Assembly: GCA_051294905.1 (NCBI GenBank)
Contig: CM119378.1
Span: 930,001-994,000 of the forward strand
Source: Botryllus schlosseri
Lineage: Eukaryota
Direction: 5' to 3'
DNA length: 64,000 nt
The notes under the pieces are model-generated. The model was given only the letters and a program-made list of their open reading frames with translations, did no database searches and was not told where the DNA came from. Position numbers and translations under genes: made by a program. Of this stretch, positions 1-11,667 are shown in pieces (position 1 is the stretch's first letter; each line of letters starts with the position of its first letter).

Positions 1-3000
1 CAACAGAGCTCAGCATGAGACGACACGTCAGATTTCAAGCAAAGCGCCGTTGCGATCTGCTAAATCTGCTGGTTCCTCAGCCGTGGAAAAAGTATCGGTG
101 AGTGACTTGTGCTGATTTGAACATTCAAATATTTCTCTGTTGAATAGCCTATTAGCCTATATTGATGTTGAAACTAACCCAAATATTTTCAGCTGCCACT
201 TGTCGGAATCAAGTCTCAATTTTCCATTGACTCGAGTCATTTTCTTAAAAATTGAAAGTGACACAATTCAACTTGAGTCAATGAGTCTATATGATTATTA
301 AAGTCTCGTATATCAGGAACGATGACAATTCAAAATAGTCAGTCTTTTAGCTGTTTGAATAAGCATATTTAGATTGAGAGAATTGAGTATATTATGAATC
401 TCAGGCCTTCGATATTACCTACGAGTTTCATAGCAGCGAGTTGAACCTGACTGGAACTCAATACGGAACAGTAAACACAATGACTTGGACTCGGACTCGA
501 GTCTTCACACTATGACTCGGACTCGACCCGTTACTCCATCACTTGGACTCGGACTTGACTCGAGTTAAGACTATACCGGTCGAATTGACTTGTGACTCAG
601 AAACTTGTGACTTGGCTGCGACCCTGGCTTCTACTTTTTGTAACTTTTCCATACTTACACTGCTTACTAAAGCGATCATACTTTTAAACTACTTCCAAAA
701 CTATTTGCTCTTCACACTATGGATTTTGTAAAGTTTAAATTATAGGATATGTTTTTATGAATGAAATTGTCATAATAACAAAGCAAAATAGCCCCATAAT
801 CGTGGTAAATGAATATATTTTCAAAAATTGCACTCATTTATAGTATAATTGGTCATCGAACAGTTATGCAGTGTTTACTTGTGTGCTTTTCAGACGTTCA
901 TGACGTACTAGAAGTAGTTTTGACGTGTCTTTAAAAGCATGTCTTCTACTTCAAATTGAGCAAAGCATACGGTATTACCCCTTTTTCTACTAGAGTAGCA
1001 ACGCTGATGGCTTTGACTATAATATTTATTATTTTATATTATGTATCATTATTTATTATTTCACCACAATAGGACTCTTTGAAGCGTTCGTCCTCGTGCA
1101 ACCCAGAATCTTTGCAAGAAATCCGTAAAAAGAGACAAAAATTGATCCCAATCTCGAGTCAATCTGCGACTTCCTTGGTGAGCCCTGGCTTACAAACGAG
1201 AAAAGTTTCCTGAGTCAACCTATACATTTTCTGTGGTTTCAGTCTGCAATTTTGCCTGCAACCCTCGTCACTGCCAGCGTCCCGAAGAAAAAGGACACTC
1301 CTGTAGCGAAATCGGTGAGTGTGATTCTGTGTGTATCTGTATCAAGGCTGTAATTACTGGAGTCACAAACCTTACTTTGGCACTTCGGCTAAATAGAATT
1401 ACTTCAATTCTGACCATCTTTGGCTAAGAGTAAGAAAAAAGAGTATATTATGCGTGAGACTGATTCGTTTCACAAAAGCACGGTTAAATAGTATATTCAT
1501 ATTGAAATGAACCCGAATATTTTCGGCTGACACTCGTCAGGGGTAATCGTCAGCAACTAGTAGAGAATTGGAAAGAACATTGTATATCAACAATCGTATC
1601 ACAAAATATGACGTCACCAGCATGAAATTTCGAATGAGAGAGCGTTCAATGTACTATTTTTAGGTGATACACGAACTCCTTTTGTTGACAGAGTTTTGGT
1701 TGGTGTATTTTGATAAAAGTTGATTCCAAGGCACACAAATGGAATTGTGAACGGCCTCGACCTACGATTCGAAATTCGAATCGTAGGTCGAGGCCGTTCA
1801 CAATTCCATTTGTGTGCCTTGGAATCAACTTTTATCAAAATACACCAACCAAAACTCTGTCAACAAAAGGAGTTCGTGTATCACCTAAAAATAGTACATT
1901 GAACGCTCTCTCATTCGAAATTTCATGCTGGTGACGTCATATTTTGTGATACGATTGTTGATATACAATGTTCTTTCCAATTCTCTACTAGTTGCTGACG
2001 ATTACCCCTGACGAGTGTCAGCCGAAAATATTCGGGTTCATTTCAATATGAATATACTATTTAATTGTATATTGAAGTTCTGTACCTCCAAGAAGCTCTT
2101 CAAAAGCACGGTTGTAAAAATTGGCTCAAACTAGAGACTTAACAGTAATGTAGAGTGTGTTCGGACTTAGACTTGAGTCTCAACAGTAAGACTCAGACTT
2201 GAATTGGCGGTGAATTGCAAATGAATCGACCCGCCTCGGGGCAGGACTATAAAAGTAAGATTGAAATGTGACTCGAAACCGTGGGACTTCATTACAGCCC
2301 TGACCTGTATTGACAAGATGTTACTGCTTGATCCAATCTTAATATAACTAATTCTATCACAGACGAAGCCCCACACTGTGCAAACCCCGTTCCTTCTGCA
2401 TCCGCACGCTTCACCCAGTTTTGGCTTTGAGCCCCACCCGACATTCTGTTCGCTGGTGAGCCCGCAACCTATGTACGTGGAACTGGAGCCGACGACGCCG
2501 TCCATGTACAGCCAATGGGCCGTCAGCGAGCCCATCCTACCAAAAGGAATGACGGTGAAGGATATATTTGAAAATACAAGGTGTGTTGATGAGTTTGATG
2601 AGAATTTTCAGTTCTTCCAAATTAGAATTGGAATTATAACGATAGCGACGCAGTTTTTTCCCAATCAGATTAGATTTACTGAATTTGCATAAACTTGGAA
2701 ATTGAAGTTTAATCCGTAGCAGAAAGAAATGCAACAAAATTCGAGTTTTCTTTGTACCAAATCATAGTTCGTTCTGGCAAATGTCAGTCCACCAAATTTG
2801 CCTCGATTTGCACGATGTTGTCATGTAGCATTTTTTGGAAAACTAGAAAAAGATTGGAATTGAAATTAGAGCAAAGAAACTTTTCACAAATTAGATTAGA
2901 ATTCGATTACTGTCATTTCGCTCCAATTAATCTATGCAGGCGACTAGAATTATCTACTTGTCCTAGTCTGATGGAGTTATCAGTTGAGAGGCTTACCGCG

Positions 3001-6000
3001 CATTAATTTCCCTGTGTTTTTCCATTGCATTGTATGTTTCTATAGGCTATTCAAGTTCTGTACCACAAGGAAGTTGCTTTCCCATCTATCACAACGACTC
3101 GAGACTTGCACAATTTAGTTAGTTAACGGTCAACCTACTACCGGTTTTTTCAGTAGTTCTAGTTCTAGGCCTACTTGTGCATTTAGAAAGAGTAGTTGTC
3201 AAACAACTAAAATACGCATATCCTTGTTTGGCGTGAATTATGAATTCGTGATACCTGTGTTCTGTTGCGTGATGTTCGTGCAGCCATTGCTGGTTCTGAG
3301 TCATCACTACTAACAGTGACGTAGCCAGTGGTGGGTTTTGGGGGTCAGGAACCCCTCCAATTTCAAACATGTACTGATGCTCATGTGGGAACCTGATCCT
3401 ATTCCGATAAAATGAAAATGAATAAGTTGCTTTGGAATGGAATCTAATTATTTGTGTTTTAGTCAGTTGGTTGCATATTTTTAAAGGACTTAGTTGCGAG
3501 TTTTGAAAAGCGAGTAGCTCTAGTTCTAACTCTAGTCATGCATTTTGTTAACCAGTAGTTTTGTACAAGTGTGATAACTCCATTGTTTCTTCAGGCAATT
3601 GAGAGCAATGTCTCCCTACATCTCGTACAACACGTTGTTTACGGAATCGCACAGCAAAGGCAGCCCGTTGAAAGTGATTGAAAGCAAGGACTACGAGAAG
3701 ACTGACGAAGCGAAAGAGTCCACCTCCGCAAAAGTGAAAAGTTCAAAACCCTCCCACGCGGCTGGTATGTTTCTTCATATTCTACAGATGCGAAATTCGT
3801 GAACGCCTGAACAGCGACCAGAGAGATCACCTTATCGACTTAATGAAAGGACTCGTATCTAGATCTGAGCACAATGGTTTGATTCCTCCAATACGAATTG
3901 AGCATTAATTGTAATCATTGAAGTCCAGCAGCGAACGATGATTTAGTCAAGTGCTGAAATTATACACTCTATGCTATGCTACTAAGAGATAATTTATCAA
4001 TTTGATTTGTCATATCGCAGCATACAAGGTTGTAATGACTCGACTCGAGTCCGACTTTTGACTCGAGTCATATTCTCAAAATGCGGAAATGACTCGACTC
4101 CACTCGCATAACTCGAACCAAGTCATTCGACTCAAGACTCAGACGGCCAAGACCGACATTTCATTGTAGTTTCGAAGAATAGTAAAGTAACCGCACCATT
4201 GGGATTTCGTAAATAGGTACTTGAAAATGCGACCAGAAACTGCTAAAAATGAGGAAAATCAGTATATTATAAATGCGAACCATTCGATATCACCAAACAG
4301 AGTTATAAAAAGTGGTTTTAACAAGACTCTAACTGGAAACTGAGCCGTCAGTACAAAGGCTTGGACTCGGTGGTGAATTGAAAATGACTCGACTTGACTC
4401 AAACAGCATTGTCACAAGGTGCGAAGAAATAGGCATTGTCGAGAAAATATAAATTATCTTTAATGTGATGTAGAATTAGCACTATATTCTTCGTGATCGC
4501 ATAAGGGGTACGTGTTTAAGCTTTCCACCTCTTTCATGATGTTATGTCGTCATAATGTGTGAGACTAGAATATTTGAATCACTAAGGTACTACTGTTTAT
4601 GTACGATTTTCATATCAATATCAATACACTATTCGTTTTTTCTCAGCTTGGAGTCTCTCTCGGATGATCCAAACGTTCCATCAGGCGCCTACGTTTTGTT
4701 ACACCTCCTGTCACAACAAAACCAGACATTCCGAAGCCTCCTCCCCGGTCCACCCTCCGAAAGCAGCAACTGCCAAAAAATTCCCGAAACTCTGTCCCCC
4801 CAAAGTGTTCGTCCAGCCGCCCTCCCCGGAAATGGGCGCCAGCGATGGTAACGACGAGGTCATAGCTCTGGAATTCTCCGATGACGATTCTGTTGATGAT
4901 GTCATCGATTTGGAATGCGCAAAGCATGATGACTCAACTACAAAGCAAATTGCTCCTGTGGGTCTGTCTGGGTGTGACGTAGTGCAAAATGAAAAAGGGG
5001 AAAGGCAGTTGTCGGCGGACCCTACTTTGGTGAGTTTGGCCGCGGAGTTGGTTTTGTGATTATTTCGAAGCAGGAATTAGATTAGAATTAGAATGGTAGC
5101 TACACAGTTTCTCCAAATTACATTGCAATCGGAACTACTGAATCTGCAAAAACATTGCTTTTGGAACATTTTTCAGCCAAATTTTGACTTTGATTTCGAC
5201 ATGTTACCAAATGACTTATGGATTTTAGCTTAGATCAGAATCTAAAAGCAGGATTTGGATATTCAAACATGAATTTAAGCGAAATGAATGAAATATCGAA
5301 TATTTCCAGGCGGTCCACCCGATCGGAGCGTGCTCGGAAGACCCGGCTAAAATCTGCGCCCTGTGTCGCATGAAAGCGCCTAAAAAATCCGACACAGTGA
5401 ACGAAAAAGGGGCGGACGACAAATCGTCCAGGGCCTGCCCTCCATCCCCAGAGATTTGCGATACGTCGGTGTCAGCCCAGACGAGCCCCAGGTCACACAC
5501 CCCTACCTCGTCAAAACCTCGCGTGCCCTTGACGGTTTCGGTTCCGAAGAGAAATCGGGACAGGTCCGCCAGCAAATGCGGGCCGCTTACCCCCGGCATT
5601 CTGGATAAAGCCAGAGGTGAGTTTGTGGTTTCGGATTTAGCAGTGGTTTTCTGTTGATGGTCTGCCAAACGGATTGCAAAGTTGGACACTCGTCAAGTAA
5701 TTAAGCCAGGGTTTCTTAAAGCAGACTTAGACAGCTAGATTATTCTTGTATAAACTAGTCTGATTAGACTTGTTCAAGCTAAATGCTGCTGGTGATTGAA
5801 TTGTAATTTAATTTGTGACATGTTTCTTTGTTCCAATCGAATTGTAATCTAATTTCTGGTTTCCCTGAGAATTCAATAATTCTAATTCTGTCTTGAATTT
5901 TTTTTTTGAGCCTGACCCCTTCAAGGTGTTTAGGTGGCTGCGTGTACCCCCAATTCCGGAAGCCGATGACTAAACAAGAAAGGTCGTCACCTTTGCACGA

Positions 6001-9000
6001 TCGCTATTTAGGCTATTTCATGCCTGAGAGGCTGTCTAATGACTCTTCGCAATATATTCTTTTACATTTTTCAAAGCTTTTCGATCGGCTAAAATGCTAA
6101 AGTCTACATATGATGAAATTGAAACGGGCATAGTACAATACTAATTTATAAATTTAAAAATGTTCCTGATACAGTTGAATAGTATATTCATATTGAAATG
6201 AACCTGAATATTTTCGGCTGACACCTGTCAGGGTTAATCGTCAGCAACTCAAATCTTCCTGACAAGAGTCAATTGAAAAGCTTTGAAGAAAGAAATACAA
6301 ATATTGCTATGAATATTCGATTGCGATTAATCTTCAAGTTATGTACCATAATTCATTGATGCGAATCTGTTGAAAAAGTACCTTCTCATTCTTCGTACCC
6401 AGGCAAAGGAATGACTCAACATTGGGTGACAACCACAGACCTGCATCAGCCCGGGTCAAGTCCCAAATGTGCCGAAACCAACTCGGACAAACGACCCTCA
6501 AGCCCTGCACAGTCATCGGACACGTGCGATTCCCCACCCAGCAGCACGACGCAAAGCAAAGAGGCGTTGGCCGCGATCGTATCGGGAGTGATGAGATCGG
6601 CAGCTATCCAGACGAAGAAAAAGAAAGAATGTCCCAAATCGGAAATGTCTGAACTTTTGTCGCATAGTCGACCCCTGGTCCCCGTGTCTGAACAAAACGG
6701 CTCGTCCAATAAGACATCGGAAGCGGACCAGTCTGAGAGCAAGGAGAGCTCGCTGTCTTCGTTGGCGACGTTAACTTCGTCTGTGGGGCCCGATCAGTCT
6801 GATAACAAGGTTTGTTTGTATTGTTAGTACTCAAGGAGTACATTGATAATATAGAAAGATAGTTTTGGAGGTACAGAACTTCAGTATGTCATTGAATAAT
6901 ATATTGATATTGAAATAAACCCGACAATACTTTCGGCTGACACTCGTCAGGGGTGATCGGCGGCAACTAGCAGAGAATTGAAAAGAACATTCCACGTCAG
7001 CAATCGTATCACTAAATATTTGAAAAGAGCATTGGTGATATGGCTGTCGATGTGCATTGTTCTTTCCAAATCTCTACTGGTTGCTGACGATTACCCCTGA
7101 CGAGTGTCAACTGAAAATATGTAGGTTCATTTCAATATGAAAATGTTATTCTTTAATATATTGATATTGACGACAGTCAATTGAAAAGCTTTGGGTTGAA
7201 TAAATCTGGGAATATCAATATATCGTTTGTTTCGATGTCGAGCTTTGTTGGGCTTGAGGTTGTCTGCGTCTGACGTATTTTTCGTTACAGGTCGATTCGG
7301 AATTCGACGTTTGGAAGAAATCCGAGGAATCCTACGATGACGATGGAACGAAAGTAATTTTGATCATTTCTTTATACTCAAAGATTTTTCAAGCCCGTTA
7401 TCTTGCTTTGTTTTGCATATGTCGCTTTTACCGTAGCGATGCTATTATTTTACCTGAAGACACTTTTGGGATGAAGAATTTTAATATGCATCTTTATGAC
7501 ATAATGCTAATATATAAAAAGCTGACACTGTTCTGGGGTTATCGTCAGCAAATGAGGAATTTCATAGTCGTCCGTCTAACTGCATTATATGCATCCAATT
7601 GTGACGTCTTTCTGGCAGGGTTGTAATCGAGTCACAAGGCCTCGAGTCACAAGTCAATCTCAATTTTATAGTTTTGACTCGAGTCAAGTTGAGTCATTTT
7701 CAATTCACCACCGAGTCAAGTCCAAGTCAGCAATCAGAGGGTCGAGTCGCAGTCATGGTATTATGACTAGAGTCAGAGTCCAAGTCATTGTTTCAACTGC
7801 TGAGTTTCCAGTTAAAGTCCTAAAGTCTTGTTGACCCACATTTTATAACTCTGTTGATATCGAATGGTTCGCATTCATAATATACTTGCTTTAAGCAGTT
7901 TCTGGTCGCATTTTCTAGTTCCCGTACCAATCGACGAAATCCCAATAGTGTGGTAACTTTACTATTCGTCGGAATCACAATGAAATGTCGATATTGGCTG
8001 TCTGGGTTTAGAATGACTCGAGTCAATTCGAGTCGTCAAAAAACCGTGACTCGAGTCATCGCAACCATGCTTTCTGGCAACGCAAGCCGTCAGAAACGCT
8101 GTAGTAGATACTGCAGTTCTCAGTCCACCCCTCTGCCCCTGAGTCTTTATCAGCGTGATGATTTATTTAAACTGAACGACAGCCATGAACGAAGTCAAAT
8201 ATCTAAAAATTGTATAACTAAGCCGTCAGTTCTTGCAGATTATTCAAATATTTATGTGTGTGACGTCATATTTTGCGATACGATTGTTGATATACACTGT
8301 TGTTTTCAATTCTCCACTAGTTGCTGACGATTACTCCTGACAAGTTTCACTTTGCTTTGGTTGCTTCAGTATGAAATATTATTCAATTGTACACCATATT
8401 GCATTTAGGCCGATGTGTTCTTGCTCACTATCACGAAGCAGCTATTTTTGTGATCACATTCAATGCTGAACCCTCATTTTTTTCTGCAGGATGATTTCGA
8501 GACAGACATGAACCCCAGGCCGCATAAATGCGCCGAATGCAAAGTCGCGTTCAGAATCGCAGGTCACCTCGCCAAGCATTTACGTTCTAAAGGTGAGAGA
8601 AAAGCCCTACCAGAAACAACCGACATTTTTCCACAAGCAGAGGTGCTCAGTATTCAGCATTGAGTACAAGTCGAGTTAATACCGTAAATTTGCACTCGAT
8701 TATAAGTAGAAGTAGCAATTTCTAAGATGTTTCAAATCTACTTTAAGGGAAGGGAAGGGGAAGTAGACCATGAAAAGATGTGACAAACACTCGAGTAATT
8801 TAGAAGTAGATTTGGCCGTGGTTTCGCATGCTCTTAGCAGTGTTAGAGACGCCCACTTAAGAAATTCCAAGATGTATATTCACGACTGAATCAAAATGAT
8901 TATTGACACCGCAAATAATGTAGGGTCACCATATTTTGAGACCCGGGAAAGAAGACACTTTTTTCAAATCACAAAATTTATAACATCCGATGAGAAAATC

Positions 9001-11667
9001 TTTAAAAAGGTCGTTTTTCCCACTCGACTCCCAAAAGAACTGCTCAAACTTCTCAACTACTTATTATTCAATATCTAAATTTAAAAGGGTATGTAGTTAT
9101 GCCTAAAAGAACTCAAGTCGAATTGGAAGTATTCTAAAAATATGACGGCATGAACAAGTGGTGCCAGTAGGAAAAACCTATTCGAGCACTCTGAAAAAGT
9201 CGGAGTGCATCTTTACCGACCGCCTCTGTTCTCAGGTCACATTGTCGCGATGCAAAAGAAAACATTGAATCGGCTGAAACAACAGAAACTGTCCACCGCG
9301 CAAGATTCCGCGATACCGGGGGGTCAAGGGCCAGTCGCGGGACTGCCGGACCCAAGCCCCGATCCTCAGCACTCGGAAGAGGTGGGGATTTGAGATTTTG
9401 ACAAACGCCATGTTTTTTGTCATTAGTTATTTCAATGGATAAACTGCAGTTACTAAACTTGCATATTGCTTTCAAGCCGACTTGTACCATCAGTCTCGTT
9501 AGTTGACGATAAATTAATCTGTTTTTCGAGTAATTTTTGTTCTAGCTGCGCATTTTTAAAAGTGGCTATAGTACTAGTTGAGAGTTTGAAAATAACTTGA
9601 AAATACGAGTCGTCTTCCAGGCTAGTAACCAAGTCACAAGGTTAAGAGTCACAAGTTAATCTGACTTTTATAGTTTTGACTCATGTCAAGTCTAGTCATT
9701 TTCCATTCACCACCGAGTCAAGTCCGAGTCCAAGTCAGTGAATAGAGGGTCGAGTCCGAGTCATATTGTTGTGACTCGAGTCCAAGTCATTTTGTGCAAT
9801 GTTCAGTTGCGAGTTCAATCCGGTTCAACCTACTTTTTCAAGTCTGCTCGCATGATATAGAATGGCTCGCATTCATAATATTATGATTTTTCACACTCCT
9901 AACAGTTTCTGGCCCTATTTTCCAAGTATCATGAATGTTAGACGAAATACCAATCATGTGGTGACTTTACTATTCTTCGAAGTTACAATGTCTTGGTTCG
10001 AGTCATGCACAATGACTCGTAGAAGTCGAGTCAGTACACAAATTGACTTGTCGAGTCATTTAACGCATTTGAAAAAAGGACTCCTTGATCGGTGGATAAT
10101 CCAAGAATTATCTAAGAAAAACTCAAATAACTCCGCTTCTACGTGTTGGAATTGAGTCAAATTTGTTTTGCATCGTTTTCGAAGACAGCGCAACAATTTC
10201 ATGGGGTTGACAGATCAATTTGAAGAAGTTTTTTTTTGCATTCTTGGGTAAATTCAAAATTTTCAAACTGTACGAAATCCGCGATTACCAGATGGGATGA
10301 ATTCAAATTTGGTGTGCGTCGTTTTTAAAGGCAAAACTAACGATTTAATCACCTAGCCAGCAAGTTCAGGAAAAAAAAGTTTGTTTTGAACGGCCCTAAC
10401 GGACATACATTCAACTGACGTGTAGCAGTGTGTATCAATGAAATTTTTTTAAGAGACTCTGTTATTTCCAGCTCCTGAACCAGCTCGGGGAGGCGCAGGT
10501 CCGCGCCCTGTTCGAAGGCAACGAGGAGTACGCGGAAATTCACACCGAGACCGAGACGGTGCCGGAAGTTTCCGACGACGAATCTGGAGATCTGCAGACT
10601 GGGAGTTCAGACCCGCGCCCGTTCAAATGCATCGTGTGTAAAGTCGCTTTCAGATTCCAGGTCAGTCCCGTGTTGAATTTAACATAGCTAGGGCTGAGCA
10701 CAATGGTGCGAGTTCTCGAATCTAAATGGAGTAATATTTCTATAGTTCTGATACTATCTTCCATCGAGGAAGCCTTGAAATCTTGATTGGTCGCATCGCA
10801 GCATACAAACACGTGGTACAAAGCTACCTACTACTACTAGGGCGGTTCAAAAAATACTTTTCCTTCATATTTCACTGGCTACTTGATAAAATTGTTAGGT
10901 TGGTTAAAACAACGCTGCACACCAACTTTGGCTCAAATCCAACCAGTAGAAGTGTGATTCGTGCAGTAGAGAGTTTTGAATTTATCATGAAAAAATGAAA
11001 AAAAGAAATTTCAAAATTTTTCTGTCGATCCCATAAAATTGTCAGGTTGTCAGTAGAGATGATGCGCACCAAATTTGGCTTAATTCCAACCACTAGAAGC
11101 TCCAGAAATAACCGTCGGAGCGTTACTTCAGTGTTGATCTGGTGTATCTCAGTCGAATTTTGCCCGATATTTAACCAAGTTCTCATAAATAGGACAAAAT
11201 CTCAGAAAAGAGGACGTATGGTAACATTATCTTTGATGTGATGTAGTACTGGAATTTAACTCTCTCTCTCTCTCTCTCTCTCTGTCACGCAGGGTCATTT
11301 GGACAGACACTTCCGATCCAACACCCACTTGCTGGCTGTGGGCCATTTTGAACGCGACGCGTCAGCCGTCGTTTGCAGTCCGGACGAAGAATCATCGGAA
11401 AAAACAAGTCCGAATAAAAACAGATCTGATGCAACAGTCGCGAAGCCGTTTGTTGATCTGAAAGTGCAACCGATTTCGTCCGAAGGGCAGATCAACGGTG
11501 CGAGTCACAACGACGCGCCAGACGACGTCTCAAATTCAGAGGAATCAACATTGCATAGTCAAAGTTATAATAAAGAGCCCACGGCTTTACGAGACACACC
11601 CCTGTCCTCATCTGCCCCAGTGCCAAAAATACAACAGCTCGAATGCTCCAGTCCCGTAGCTATTTGA
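1..11667 (+). CDS. shn: Schnurri/HIVEP-family C2H2 zinc-finger transcription factor, 3' portion (5' end lies outside the window)
   Basis: Phase-consistent GT-AG exons: <1-97, 1073-1177, 1243-1314, 2363-2580, 3595-3764, 4647-5029, 5310-5616, 6403-6809, 7291-7353, 8490-8592, 9236-9381, 10472-10660, 11293-11667 (TGA). The product contains TFCSLVSPQPMYVELEPTTPSMYSQW, resembling the Shn 'FCxxxxPQPMYV...SMYSxW' block. It also has two spliced fingers, PRPHKCAECKVAFRIAGHLAKHLRSKGH and PRPFKCIVCKVAFRFQGHLDRHFRSNTH, resembling invertebrate Shn C-terminal fingers. Confidence 0.75.
1511..1554 (-). ncRNA. Mirror copy of the hammerhead ribozyme in the inverted arm
   Basis: Exact reverse complement of 1994-2037. 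Confidence 0.78.
1994..2037 (+). ncRNA. Minimal type-I hammerhead ribozyme (PLE-associated), predicted cleavage after C2033
   Basis: accc(2004-2007) CTGACGA(2008-2014) g-tgtcagc-c GAAA(2024-2027) atat TC(2032-2033) gggt(2034-2037). This gives stem I accc/gggt, a 1-bp stem II, and a palindromic stem III aatatt. Upstream gctgac (1994-1999) is complementary to loop-II gtcagc (2017-2022). Confidence 0.8.
6170..6250 (-). mobile_element. PLE hammerhead-repeat remnant
   Basis: aatagtatattcatattgaaatgaacctgaatattttcggctgacacctgtcagggttaatcgtcagcaac; core mutated. Confidence 0.8.
6865..7160. mobile_element. Decayed inverted pair of the PLE hammerhead repeat
   Basis: Antisense copy (ggaggtacagaacttc...tttcggctgacactcgtcagggg) followed by a sense copy (ttgctgacgattacccctgacgagtgtcaactgaaaatat). 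Confidence 0.8.
7616..8069. mobile_element. hAT-type MITE, GACTCGAGTC family
   Basis: TIR cagggttgtaat...atcgcaaccatg, perfect 8-bp TSD ctttctgg, and subterminal gactcgagtc/gagtc repeats. Partial relatives near 225-627, 2167-2303, 4026-4405, 9618-10080, 12845-12985 and 42110-42235. Confidence 0.85.
8260..8400 (+). mobile_element. PLE repeat remnant
   Basis: tgacgtcatattttgcgatacgattgttgatatac...ctagttgctgacgattactcctgaca matches 1933-2014. Confidence 0.75.

Larger units (their letters stand above)
1486..2101 (+). mobile_element. 5'-truncated Penelope-like retroelement with an inverted arm (fold-back insertion) in shn intron 1315-2362
   Basis: Perfect palindrome 1484-2064 centred on 1774. 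The right arm encodes RIVGRGRSQFHLCALESTFIKIHQPKLCQQKEFVYHLKIVH* (stop at 1902), resembling a PLE GIY-YIG C-terminus. This is followed by a hammerhead motif and an unpaired tail to 2101. Flanking direct repeat aaaagcacggtt at 1474-1485 and 2102-2113. Confidence 0.85.

Noticed and set aside
1614..1934. Mirror-image ORFs on both strands (MIKVDSKAH…, MIPRHTNG…)
   Set aside because: Artefacts of the palindrome. Only the part of 1720-1902 to the right of the centre (1775 onward) is a plausible retroelement ORF remnant.
1484..2064. Palindrome read as a DNA-transposon MITE or a miRNA gene
   Set aside because: The inverted repeats are not terminal (one-sided 37-39-nt tail), TSD length varies (11-12 bp), arm length varies between copies, and the arm contains an ORF end plus a hammerhead. 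This fits a PLE.
5225..5689. 154-aa minus-strand ORF and similar antisense ORFs over GC-rich exons (4643, 6446, 22954, 52981)
   Set aside because: Shadows of real exons on the opposite strand, with no recognisable motifs.
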